Positions 1-8,170 of a DNA stretch of 30,962 bases are shown in pieces (within the stretch, counting starts at the first letter, position 1; each line of letters begins with the position of its first letter). This DNA is from Vulcanimicrobiaceae bacterium (GTDB lineage: Bacteria > Vulcanimicrobiota > Vulcanimicrobiia > Vulcanimicrobiales > Vulcanimicrobiaceae). The position numbers were made by a program, and so were the translations under genes. Where the stretch lies: contig JBHEMM010000007.1 in the NCBI GenBank assembly GCA_046262595.1, positions 32,163-63,124 on the forward strand. Direction: 5' to 3'. The notes under the pieces are model-generated. The model was not told where the DNA came from, made no database searches, and saw nothing but the letters and a program-made list of their open reading frames with translations.

Positions 1-1385
1 CCGTATGACGGCGTGTCGGAATACGTCGTGGACGTGATCGGAGCCGTGTTGATCGGCGCCGCGAGCACGTCGAGCGGCGCCTGCGGAATGGCCATCGCGT
101 CCAGCGTGCCGTCGGCGATACAGCGCTTGGTTGCGGCGGCTTCGACGATGTCGTCGCGGTCTTGCGCGATCACGGTTCCGCGCGCGACCGCGCCGGGGCG
201 ATGACCGGCCCGTCCGACGCGCTGCAGCGTGGGCGTCATGCCGCGCGCGCCGCCGATGAGCAAGACGCGATCGATGAAGCCGATGTCCACGCCAAGTTCC
301 AGACTGGAACTGCACACGACGGTACGCAGCGTTCCGGCGCGCAGTGCGGCTTCCACGCGGTGGCGCACGCTGCGTTCCAGGGCGCTGTGATGAACGCCGA
401 TGCGCGCATCGTACTGCTTCTCGCGCTGATCGGCTTCGACGGTTTCCAGGCTTTCTGGTCTTTCGAGGTGCTGCGTCATCTCGTGCGCCACGCGTTCTGC
501 TTGACTGCGCACGTTGGTGAAGACGAGCGTCGTGCGCTCGCGCTGGCTCAAGTCGGCCGCGGTTTGCGCGACCGTCGCGAGCGGCGCCATCGCGCCCGCA
601 AACGGCGCGACGACGTCGATAGCGATCGATCGCAGACCGCGCGCGTCGACGATCTCGCATGGGCGGCCCGTACCGGCTAAAAAGTTCGCGACCTCGGGCA
701 GCGGCGAGATGGTGGCGGAGAGCCCGATGCGGTTTGGCCCTTGGACAGCCTCGGGGCGGCACGGCGGCGAAAGCCGGCAAAGATCGTTCAGTGACTCCAG
801 AAGCAGTGAGAGTTGAGAGCCGCGTTTGTTGCCCGCGAGCGCGTGGACCTCGTCAATGATGACGGTTTCCACATCGCGCAACGTTTTACGGTACGAATCC
901 ATCGCCAGCATGACTGCAAGCGATTCCGGGGTCGTTACGAGAATGTGCGGCGGGCGCGAGAGCATGAGACGGCGCTCTTCTTGCGGCGTATCGCTGGTGC
1001 GCACGCCCGTGCGCGCGTACCGCTCGCGGATGCGCCCCCGGCGCACCTTCGCGCGTTCGGTGTTCGGGCGTTCGAGCAAGCCCATCTCGCGCATCGGACG
1101 GCGGACGTTATGTTCGACGTCGTAGCCGAGCGCGCGGAGCGGCGAGATGTAGAGCGCATACGTGCGCGCGTGCAGGTTGTCGTCATCGCGGCGCTGCGCC
1201 AAGCGCGAGATCACCGGCAGAAACGCTGCAAGCGTTTTGCCCGTTCCCGTCGGTGAGCAGATCAGCACGTTTTGGCGCGCTACGCCCATCGGCAAGGCCG
1301 CACGTTGCGGTACCGTCGGTTCGCGCAGATGTTCGAGGCACCACGCGGCGACGTCCGGATGGAGGGCTGAGAAAACGGAATCCAT
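1..1385 (-). CDS. lhr: Lhr-like ATP-dependent DEAD/DEAH helicase (runs off the left edge; absent from the ORF track)
   Basis: Manual translation from ATG at 1385: MDSVFSALHPDVAAW..., SPTGTGKT (Walker A), YISPLRAL, PPHILVTTPESL, IIDEVH, KRGSQL, QRVGRAGH (motif VI), PLDVLA. Start, DEVH and motif VI were checked to share one frame. Confidence 0.92.
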   Translation of the reverse strand, partial: MDSVFSALHPDVAAWCLEHLREPTVPQRAALPMGVARQNVLICSPTGTGKTLAAFLPVISRLAQRRDDDNLHARTYALYISPLRALGYDVEHNVRRPMREMGLLERPNTERAKVRRGRIRERYARTGVRTSDTPQEERRLMLSRPPHILVTTPESLAVMLAMDSYRKTLRDVETVIIDEVHALAGNKRGSQLSLLLESLNDLCRLSPPCRPEAVQGPNRIGLSATISPLPEVANFLAGTGRPCEIVDARGLRSIAIDVVAPFAGAMAPLATVAQTAADLSQRERTTLVFTNVRSQAERVAHEMTQHLERPESLETVEADQREKQYDARIGVHHSALERSVRHRVEAALRAGTLRTVVCSSSLELGVDIGFIDRVLLIGGARGMTPTLQRVGRAGHRPGAVARGTVIAQDRDDIVEAAATKRCIADGTLDAMAIPQAPLDVLAAPINTAPITSTTYSDTPSY

Positions 1386-1392
1386 GCTGTAA

Positions 1393-1406
1393 CGAACAAA
1401 CGTTCG
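1393..1406. promoter_or_regulatory. Gram-positive-type LexA/SOS box CGAAC-AAAC-GTTCG
   Basis: Perfect GAAC-N4-GTTC palindrome with CG flanks, 7 bp upstream of the lhr start codon. Confidence 0.75.
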
Positions 1407-1417
1407 AAAAATGCACG

Positions 1418-1439
1418 AGGCGTTCCGCTTGGAACGCCT
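1418..1439 (-). terminator. Hairpin, probable terminator of the 1465-2205 gene
   Basis: AGGCGTTCC-gctt-GGAACGCCT 9-bp perfect stem; on the minus strand it is followed by cgtgcaTTTTT. Confidence 0.5.
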
Positions 1440-1464
1440 TACGGGTCAGTCGGCGCAGCCGGCG

Positions 1465-2205
1465 TCAGTGCGTGGTTTGCGCCAGCGAATCGCTCGAGAG
1501 CGTAAACGTCATCTTCTGATCGATCGTATCGTAACTGCCGGCGCCGCGGCTTTTGCGGGTGATCGTGTCCTCCGTCATATTGACCGGCACGTTCGTCTTT
1601 TCGTTGTACATAATGTGCCCTTGCGTGGCGGCGTTGAAGCCGTTCACGCCCGAGATGTCGAGCACGCGATCGAAGGAAATTGACGTCAGATCGCCTTGTT
1701 TGCCGTCGAGGCGGTAGTCATTCGTTTCGGTGCCGCCGTTGATCTGCGCGGACGTGCGCCAATGGTTCTTGGCGTCCAGCACTACCGGATTGACGAAGTC
1801 TTTGCCGAGCACGCGCAGCAGCGACATCTCTTCTTCGTTGGGGCCGCCGGCCGTCATATCGCAGAGCACCACTCCGGTGGCGTACGTCACGCACATCGTA
1901 GGCGCGCTGTTCCGGTCGCCGCGGCCGTTCTCGGAGATGCGGACGACCAAGCCCGTATCGGGCTGGACGGAGAGGACGTCCGCGATAATGGTGCCCGTGT
2001 CACTGACCGAGCCGTGCGAGTCGACGGAACCCGACGCACCGCCGTTCCCGTCAATGCCCGAGGTGTGCTCCGTAGACGTCGTCGCGATCGTTACGCCGAA
2101 GGTGAACACCAGGTGGCGCTGCGGCTTCGCGTCATCCGCGTGAGCGATCGTGCCTGCGGCAAACGCCGCCGCAACGAGGAAGACGGTAACGCGGGCAGAT
2201 TTCAT
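1465..2205 (-). CDS. Secreted hypothetical protein
   Basis: 246-aa ORF with a Sec signal peptide (MKSARVTVFLVAAAFAAGTIAHA) and a Thr/Ser/Gly-rich mature part; family not recognised. Confidence 0.8.
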   Translation of the reverse strand: MKSARVTVFLVAAAFAAGTIAHADDAKPQRHLVFTFGVTIATTSTEHTSGIDGNGGASGSVDSHGSVSDTGTIIADVLSVQPDTGLVVRISENGRGDRNSAPTMCVTYATGVVLCDMTAGGPNEEEMSLLRVLGKDFVNPVVLDAKNHWRTSAQINGGTETNDYRLDGKQGDLTSISFDRVLDISGVNGFNAATQGHIMYNEKTNVPVNMTEDTITRKSRGAGSYDTIDQKMTFTLSSDSLAQTTH

Positions 2206-2254
2206 AAAGAGTAATTCCCGCTGCGGCTTCGCCGCGCCTGGCGCTGGGCTGCTC

Positions 2255-2413
2255 TTACGCCCGGATATCTACGGCGGCGCCAAGGCCGATGGAGCTGAAC
2301 AGTTCGGCCGCGACGTTCCGGTCCAAGTCGTCGACCGCGCGCACGACGCTGACCGCAACCTGCTGGTTAGCGGCGCTTGAGGCTAAAGCGGTGCTGAGTG
2401 CTGCGGCGTCCAT
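2255..2413 (-). CDS. YjfB-like (putative motility protein) 52-aa microprotein
   Basis: MDAAALSTALASSAANQQVAVSVVRAVDDLDRNVAAELFSSIGLGAAVDIRA*, with GGAG RBS upstream. Matches the YjfB pattern MDxAALS...QQVxVxV...LGxxxDI. Confidence 0.7.
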   Translation of the reverse strand: MDAAALSTALASSAANQQVAVSVVRAVDDLDRNVAAELFSSIGLGAAVDIRA

Positions 2414-2464
2414 CGTTCTCCGGTTCGAGCGAAACCCGTCTCTTTTTTATCGGTAGATAGGGGC

Positions 2465-2659
2465 ATGCTCAACATCTATTTGCGTCTGGTCGTTCTGGCG
2501 GCGATCGTTCTGGCGGTCCTGGGGGCGGTCGTCTTCATCATCCCGCTGCTCATCAAGGCGGCGCTGCTCGCGGCGGTCGTGCTGGGCGTCCTCTTCCTTA
2601 TAAACTTCTTCCGGCGCCGCTCGGGCGCGCTGACAGGAACGTTTCCAGGACTTCGCTGA
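2465..2659 (+). CDS. Small membrane protein (two hydrophobic segments)
   Basis: 64-aa ORF, almost entirely hydrophobic, followed by an RRR positive-inside motif. Confidence 0.7.
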   Translation: MLNIYLRLVVLAAIVLAVLGAVVFIIPLLIKAALLAAVVLGVLFLINFFRRRSGALTGTFPGLR

Positions 2660-3413
2660 GGGCCTGCGGCTCCTCGAGCATCGGCAGGTGCCCGCTCGAG
2701 CCCAGCACGCGCAGGTCGGCTGCCGGGAAAGCGGTCCTGACCTCTTCGGCCTCGCCCAGGGTGATCAGCCGATCCCGCGCGCCGGCCACCACCAGCACCG
2801 GAAAATCGAAGTCCTGGGCGATATCGCGGGCATCCAAGCGCTGGGCCATCCCGCGCAGCGCCGCCGCTAAGCCGGCCGGCCGGTTGGCGCGCACGAGCGC
2901 ACGCACCAATTCCACGGTATTTGCGTGGTTTTCTAACGTCAGTGGCGAAAAAAGTGTTGTCAAATAAGGGTTTTCGGTTAAAACTCTCGGATTTTCGCCT
3001 TCTAAAACCGTTGCAATGTTCTCGCGGTTTTGCGCAACGTCCGGCGCGTCATTTTTCAAACGGCTGCACACGAGCGCGAGCTTTGTAACGCGTTCGGTGT
3101 ACATGCGCGCGAACGCCATTGCAACGTATCCGCCCATCGAATGTCCGACGATCGCGGCGCGCTCGATCTGCATCGCGTCCAGAACCGCGGCGAGATCGCC
3201 GGCGAGTGTTTCCATGAGATAAGGGCCGGGCGGCGCACTGGATTCGCCCATGCCGCGCAGATCCGGACGGATGACAAGCGCGCGATCCGCAAGCGCCGCA
3301 GCTTGCGCGTCCCAGATCTTTTTGGAAAGCGGGAAGCCGTGCACCAGCATCACCGCATCGCCTTTACCATTGGCGGCGACGTCGATCGCCGCGCCGTCAA
3401 CTCTTACGCGCAT
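2598..3413 (-). CDS. Alpha/beta hydrolase (PcaD/MenH-like fold)
   Basis: HGFP oxyanion motif, DLRGMG, GHSMGG nucleophile elbow, GARD and GHLPMLE. ATG at 3413 follows a GAGG RBS. Confidence 0.9.
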   Translation of the reverse strand: MRVRVDGAAIDVAANGKGDAVMLVHGFPLSKKIWDAQAAALADRALVIRPDLRGMGESSAPPGPYLMETLAGDLAAVLDAMQIERAAIVGHSMGGYVAMAFARMYTERVTKLALVCSRLKNDAPDVAQNRENIATVLEGENPRVLTENPYLTTLFSPLTLENHANTVELVRALVRANRPAGLAAALRGMAQRLDARDIAQDFDFPVLVVAGARDRLITLGEAEEVRTAFPAADLRVLGSSGHLPMLEEPQALSEVLETFLSARPSGAGRSL

Positions 3414-3443
3414 AGCCTCACCACCATCTTTCAAGTGCAAGAT

Positions 3444-3472
3444 TTGCGTTGCAGCCCGTAATTGTGTATAAC
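3444..3472 (+). promoter_or_regulatory. Candidate sigma70-type promoter for the histone-like gene
   Basis: TTGCGT-N17-TATAAC in an AT-rich intergenic region. Confidence 0.45.
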
Positions 3473-3525
3473 ATACTCAACAACCCTGGTTACTTTGTGA
3501 CCGGAGAAAGGTGACTGAACAATAC

Positions 3526-3849
3526 ATGGCAGTCAAACGCGCAAAGAAAGCTGCTCCCAAACGCGCAGCAGCAAAGAAGGCGGCACCCCGCAAGAAGGCC
3601 GCTCGCAAAGCGACCGGCACGCGTGGTAAAGCCGCTCGCAAGGGCGGACGCAAGAAAGCTACGGCACGTAAAAAAGCCGGCGGACGCAAAAAGGCAACCG
3701 GACGTAAAAAGGCCGGCGGACGGAAAAAGGCCGCAGGACGCAAGAAGGCCGGCGGACGGAAAAAAGCCACGGGCCGCAAGAAGGCCGTTCGCAAAGCGAC
3801 GACGCGCCGCAAGACCACTCGCCGGAAGAAAGCTGCAGCCGCAGCGTAA
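3526..3849 (+). CDS. Histone H1-like Lys/Arg/Ala-rich nucleoid-associated protein
   Basis: 107 aa from MAVKRAKKAAPK (alternative GTG start at 3511); no acidic or aromatic residues; AAKKAAP and RKKA repeats; GGAGAAAGG RBS; own terminator. Confidence 0.85.
   Translation: MAVKRAKKAAPKRAAAKKAAPRKKAARKATGTRGKAARKGGRKKATARKKAGGRKKATGRKKAGGRKKAAGRKKAGGRKKATGRKKAVRKATTRRKTTRRKKAAAAA
3646..3789 (+). repeat. 8 x 18-bp degenerate coding tandem repeat, (G/A)RKKAx
   Basis: GRKKAT ARKKAG GRKKAT GRKKAG GRKKAA GRKKAG GRKKAT GRKKAV, with synonymous codon variation. Confidence 0.9.
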
Positions 3850-3870
3850 CAGCTCTTCCGGTTTTTTAAT

Positions 3871-3900
3871 GCGCGCCGATCCTCGGCGCGCTTTTTTTTT
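3871..3900 (+). terminator. Rho-independent terminator
   Basis: GCGCGCCGA-tcc-TCGGCGCGC 9-bp stem followed by T9. Confidence 0.93.
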
Positions 3901-3906
3901 CGGCCG

Positions 3907-4627
3907 CTACTCTTTGGGAAGCAGATAGATCTTCTGCAGCCGGGGAGCGCGCTCGCGATCCGTGCGGCCATCGTATTGCGGCAGCGGCGTACCATGCATT
4001 GCGGCGCGTATCCGCTGTATCTCCGCAGCGCTGATGTCTTCTGAGGCAACCGCGCGCGTCACCTGATTATCGTTGCGCCATATGAAGCTTTGATGCTTTA
4101 CGAGCTGCAGCACGCCGCGCTTGAAATGCGGTGCCGCATCAGCATCGTAGATGTAGCGCGGCACGGGGCCGGATGCAGGCGAATACCGGTGCGCGATGAG
4201 CGCAAAGCGCCGGCCGTCTTGGCGAACGTAAGCGAACGTGACTTGCGGCCGCCTAAGCTCCAGCTCTTCGTCGCGGAATTCCAAACGCCGGTTGCGTTGA
4301 TGTAGATCGTGCGCCTCACCGTGCCGGCGGGTAACCCGGACGGCGCAACGACATGGAAGCGCGCGCGCGCACGTGCGCCATCCAGCGAAACGATCTGCGC
4401 GCGCATCGTCGAGACGAATGCCCGCGGCACGGGCGGCGGAGGCTGCAAGCCGATGGCTACCATCGCGGCACGATAGCGCGCCTCGAGATCTTGCATGAAC
4501 GCCGGCGAGCGCGCGGTGACCAGCACCGCCGCGACCGCGATCGCAAGCAGCAATGGAACCCGCTCGCGAAAATCGCGAGCCGCGCCCGGGCGCCTGCGGT
4601 TGCGCCGTCCGCGCGCTGATGCGGGTA
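3907..4627 (-). pseudogene. Frameshifted membrane-anchored putative anti-sigma factor
   Basis: TM segment LLLAIAVAAVLV and following domain to ...WSLGG lie in the frame of ORF 4098..4865; the continuation PQVTFAYVRQDGRRF...LPKE* lies in the frame of ORF 3907..4650. One missing base near 4247 joins them. No clear start codon. Confidence 0.6.
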
Positions 4628-5020
4628 CTACCGAAGGACCACTGCCGCACGCTGCGTTGTCGAAAGCGATGCGAGCGCGTCGAGCAGGTCGAGCCGATCG
4701 TCGTGGGTCGCCGCAGCAGCGGGTTCGCGCGCCGGATCGAGCGGCGCGGTTCGTACGCGGCGCGATGCGGCGACCGTCGCCGTTCGTATCACGATCCGGT
4801 ACATCCATGCGTAAAACGCACGGGTTGAACGCAGATTTTTCAAACCGCGCGCAATACTGGCGCACGCGTCTTGCGCCGCATCTTCCGCAAGGCCGGGGTC
4901 GCGCAGAACGCCCAGCGCGACGCGATACGTTTCGGGCCAGAGAAAGCCGATCAAATCGTCCAGCGCCGCCTCGTCCGCTTGAGCCGACCGGACAAGTTCC
5001 GGGCTGACCGTAAATCCCAC
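4628..5020 (-). pseudogene. Truncated ECF (sigma70 family) sigma factor
   Basis: Region 2 intact (YRVALGVLRDPGLAEDAAQDA...FYAWMYRIV). Region 4 begins (ALASLSTTQRAAVVLR) then hits TAG; no helix-turn-helix found in any frame downstream. Confidence 0.75.
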
Positions 5021-5102
5021 AGGGCTGCTTTCGTACCGAATCGAGCGTTTAACCTTACAGAGCGGCGGCCCGGGCAGACTGTTGGCGAAAGTGCGTTCGG
5101 CG

Positions 5103-5270
5103 ATGGAAAAGACGAGAAAGAGCGGCGGCCCGCGATCCTGTTATAAGAAGAACGGCGGCCCGAAGGCGGCGTTCGAGACGAGGAAGGAAGCCGAACGGGC
5201 CATTCCACGAACGACCACTGGCCTCAAACCGTACGCCTGCGAGAAGCACGGGTGGCATCTGGGGCATTGA
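5103..5270 (+). CDS. Small basic protein with possible Zn-binding C...CxxH..H motif
   Basis: MEKTRKSGGPRSCYKKNGGPKAAFETRKEAERAIPRTTTGLKPYACEKHGWHLGH; fills the gap and ends 4 bp from the convergent MFS stop. Confidence 0.6.
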   Translation: MEKTRKSGGPRSCYKKNGGPKAAFETRKEAERAIPRTTTGLKPYACEKHGWHLGH

Positions 5271-5274
5271 AGGC

Positions 5275-6516
5275 TCACACGGTCCGCAGAATGCGCTTGC
5301 TGAGCAAAAGCCAGCCGGCGAACGCCGACGTCAGGCCGCCGACAAGCCAGAACGCCGTGTGCAAGCCTGTGAATGAGGCGAGAGAACCAACGATCAGCGC
5401 GCCGCCCGGAACCAGGCCGAGCGCGACCATCGAATACACGGCGATGGCGCGCCCGCGCACTTCGTCCGGTGAGAGCGTTTGGATCAGCGTGTTGGATGCG
5501 CCCAGGAACGTCATGGTGGCTGTGCCGATTGCGAAGAGCACGGGAACCGCGGCGTAAAGATTCCAAATGAAGCCCAGCGCGAAGACGCCCAGCGCCATCG
5601 CGAGAGCCGAGAGTGCCCAGATCGTGCCGCGCCGCTCGCGCGTGCCCCAGTACGCCGTCAGCAGCGCGCCGGCGAAACCGCCGACGCCGGTTGCGGCAAT
5701 TGCGATGCCCAAGCCCTTCGCGTTCGCATGCAGTGTGCTGACGATAAACGCCGGAAGCAGCATACTGTAGGGGCGCACCAGGAGCGCGGTGATGATGAAC
5801 GTGCCGATCACCCACGCGAGAATTTTGTGTTGGAACAGGAAGCGCAAGCCGTACGCGATGGAAGGGAGAAACGGTTCCCGCCGGCTCGTGCTGGGCGGGG
5901 CGGGTGCCATGAAGATGAGCGCGACCACCACGGCAAGCGTTGCAATAGCGTTCAAATAGAACGCGCCCGCAATGTTGACCGACGAGATTAAAATGCCGGC
6001 GATCGCGGGGCCGAGAACGGCGGGTGCGTTGAATGCGACAGAGTTTAAGCCGATCGCATTACCGATGTACTCACGGGGCACCATCAGCGGAACCCAACTT
6101 TGACGCGCGGGCGAATCGAACGATTGCGCGGCGGCCGTGCCGGCATTGATCAGCAGCAAACCGGCGATGCCCATCCAGCCGAGCGACGTAAAGATTGCGA
6201 GAACGAGTGCAAGCATCGAAAGCACGGTGTTGGTGATGAACAGCGTCTGACGGCGCGGACGCGTATCGGCAACCAGCCCTGCGACGGGCGAGAGCAGCAA
6301 GACGGGAACCGCGCGCGCCAAGCCTTGAAAGCCCAGATACAGCGCGGCGGTATGCGGATTGCCGGCCAACTTTGCAATGAAGTAGCCTGTCGCCGTGAGC
6401 TGCATCCACGTTCCCAGATTTGAAACGAGCAGGCCGAACCAGAGGAGACGGAAATCTTTGAATCGCAGCGAGGAAAAAAGGTGAACACTGCGCGGCGCCG
6501 GGCGGCGTTCGATCAT
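5275..6516 (-). CDS. MFS transporter (DHA3/MFS_3-like)
   Basis: FRLLWFGLLVSNLGTWMQ, GLVADTRPRR (motif A), FDSPARQS, about 12 TM segments; ATGA overlap with the upstream gene. Confidence 0.92.
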   Translation of the reverse strand: MIERRPAPRSVHLFSSLRFKDFRLLWFGLLVSNLGTWMQLTATGYFIAKLAGNPHTAALYLGFQGLARAVPVLLLSPVAGLVADTRPRRQTLFITNTVLSMLALVLAIFTSLGWMGIAGLLLINAGTAAAQSFDSPARQSWVPLMVPREYIGNAIGLNSVAFNAPAVLGPAIAGILISSVNIAGAFYLNAIATLAVVVALIFMAPAPPSTSRREPFLPSIAYGLRFLFQHKILAWVIGTFIITALLVRPYSMLLPAFIVSTLHANAKGLGIAIAATGVGGFAGALLTAYWGTRERRGTIWALSALAMALGVFALGFIWNLYAAVPVLFAIGTATMTFLGASNTLIQTLSPDEVRGRAIAVYSMVALGLVPGGALIVGSLASFTGLHTAFWLVGGLTSAFAGWLLLSKRILRTV

Positions 6517-7115
6517 CGTGCGCGAGCCGCGGCCACGATCGCTTGCGTTGCGCCTTCGGTTCCGAGCGCGGCGACATCGATGCAAAGATCGTAGTTGCGC
6601 GCGTCGGTCCATTTTAAGCCGTAGTTCGTTTCGATATGTTTGGCGCGAGCGCGATCGATGCGGTCGATCTCGGCTATCGCCGCATTCTGGGACACGCCCA
6701 GCGCTTCCACGATGTGACCGATGCGCCAATCGCGCGGCGCATGCATGAACACGCGCAGAATGCCCGGACCGCGCCCCAGTATCGCGCCGCCGCCACGGCC
6801 GATGAGCACCGCATCGCCTCGGGCAGCGTAATCGCGCACCGCTTCCCTCACCTCTCGCAAATATTCTTCATCGAACGTCGCGCCCGGTGCGGCCGCGATC
6901 TCCGGTGTGCCCGATTCAAGCGCGCGCAGCATGCGGTCGCCCACGCTGTCGACGGCATCTTCGGCGGACTCGACAGCCTGCGGCGAGGTTTGCAGACGCT
7001 TCGCCACAATGACGGGGAGCTGCTCGTCCACGTACTCGTAGCCGAGTTGCCCGGCCGCCGCATGCGCAACGGCGATCGCGCCGCAGCCGTACAGATTCGA
7101 TATCGTGATGATCAC
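6513..7115 (-). CDS. Cytidylate kinase-like family protein
   Basis: IITISNLYGCG, VLIGRGG, LRVFMHAP..WR, DRARAK, YDLCID; GGAGG upstream of the GTG start. Confidence 0.85.
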   Translation of the reverse strand: MIITISNLYGCGAIAVAHAAAGQLGYEYVDEQLPVIVAKRLQTSPQAVESAEDAVDSVGDRMLRALESGTPEIAAAPGATFDEEYLREVREAVRDYAARGDAVLIGRGGGAILGRGPGILRVFMHAPRDWRIGHIVEALGVSQNAAIAEIDRIDRARAKHIETNYGLKWTDARNYDLCIDVAALGTEGATQAIVAAARAR

Positions 7116-7168
7116 GCCGTTCCTATTCCCTCCGAGGGACCGTCCGGGCCTCGCTGAACTCCCGCGGC

Positions 7169-8170
7169 ATGCCGATCATCCGCGCCCGCGCGCTGCGAAA
7201 AGTCTTCCGTTCGGTAAAGCGCTCGCCGGGCGCCGCCGGCGCGCTGCTCACGCTGTTTTCACGCCAATACGAAGAGAAGGCGGCGGTGAGCGGCATCGAC
7301 ATGGACGTGCATGAGGGCGACTTGGTCGGCTACATCGGCCCCAACGGGGCGGGCAAGTCGACGACCATTAAAATGCTCACCGGCATTCTGGTTCCGACGT
7401 CCGGAACGCTCGAAGTGGCGGGCATCGTGCCTTCCGCGCGAAGGCGGCAAAACGCCCGCAACATCGGCGTCGTGTTCGGACAGCGCAGCCAGCTGTACTG
7501 GGATCTTCCGCTGATGGAATCGTTTGAACTGCTGCGCGCGATCTATAACATCCCTGCGGACCGCTACCGCAAGAACCTCGATACGTTCGTGCAGATTCTG
7601 GAGATGGGACCGTTTATCCGCACGCCGGTGCGGCAGCTCTCGCTGGGACAGCGCATGCGCGGCGACTTCGCCGCGGCGATGCTGCACGGGCCGAAGCTGG
7701 TGTATCTGGACGAGCCCACGATCGGCTTGGACGTGATTGCCAAAGAGGCGATACGCGAGTTCGTGCATCACATCAACGCCGAGCGCGGAACGACCGTCAT
7801 CCTGACCACCCACGACTTAGCGGACGTCGAACGGCTGTGCCGGCGCATCATCATCATTGACAATGGGACGATCATCTACGACGGGCGCATCGAGCACATC
7901 AAAGAGCAGTATGGAACGCACCGCACGCTGATCGTCACCTTGAACGGACCGAACCCCGACCCGCGGCTCGACGGCGCCGAGATCGATTCTAACGAACACG
8001 GCGTCGTGCGCTACCGCTTCGACCGCCGCACGGTGCGTGCCGATCAACTGATCCGCCAGGCCATGGACCGCTACGACATCCGTGATGTAAGTATCGAAGA
8101 GCCGGAACTCGAATCGATCATCCGGCGCATTTACACCGAAGGCTACCGTCAGGAGCAAACACCCACATGA
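7169..8170 (+). CDS. ABC-2 type transporter ATP-binding protein
   Basis: GPNGAGKS (Walker A), FGQRSQL, LSLGQRMR signature, YLDEPTIGLD (Walker B), TTH. Confidence 0.95.
   Translation: MPIIRARALRKVFRSVKRSPGAAGALLTLFSRQYEEKAAVSGIDMDVHEGDLVGYIGPNGAGKSTTIKMLTGILVPTSGTLEVAGIVPSARRRQNARNIGVVFGQRSQLYWDLPLMESFELLRAIYNIPADRYRKNLDTFVQILEMGPFIRTPVRQLSLGQRMRGDFAAAMLHGPKLVYLDEPTIGLDVIAKEAIREFVHHINAERGTTVILTTHDLADVERLCRRIIIIDNGTIIYDGRIEHIKEQYGTHRTLIVTLNGPNPDPRLDGAEIDSNEHGVVRYRFDRRTVRADQLIRQAMDRYDIRDVSIEEPELESIIRRIYTEGYRQEQTPT

Noticed and set aside
13..1392. Plus-strand ORFs in the track over 13-1392
   Set aside because: Shadows of the minus-strand lhr gene, which carries all helicase motifs.
2957..2984. 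Internal promoter TTGTCA-N16-TAAAAC
   Set aside because: The -10 lacks the conserved final T and spacing is suboptimal; the region is better described as phased A-tracts.
3646..3789. Tandem repeat as CRISPR or non-coding VNTR
   Set aside because: No spacers, and variation is mostly at synonymous positions, so it is a protein repeat.
3477..4049. Minus-strand 190-aa FLRP-repeat ORF
   Set aside because: Antisense shadow of the histone-like gene; RBS and terminator support the plus strand.
4628..4630. In-frame TAG as pyrrolysine or recoded stop
   Set aside because: Read-through does not restore sigma region 4, and several intact genes here end in TAG (18649, 19135, 24296, 27365).
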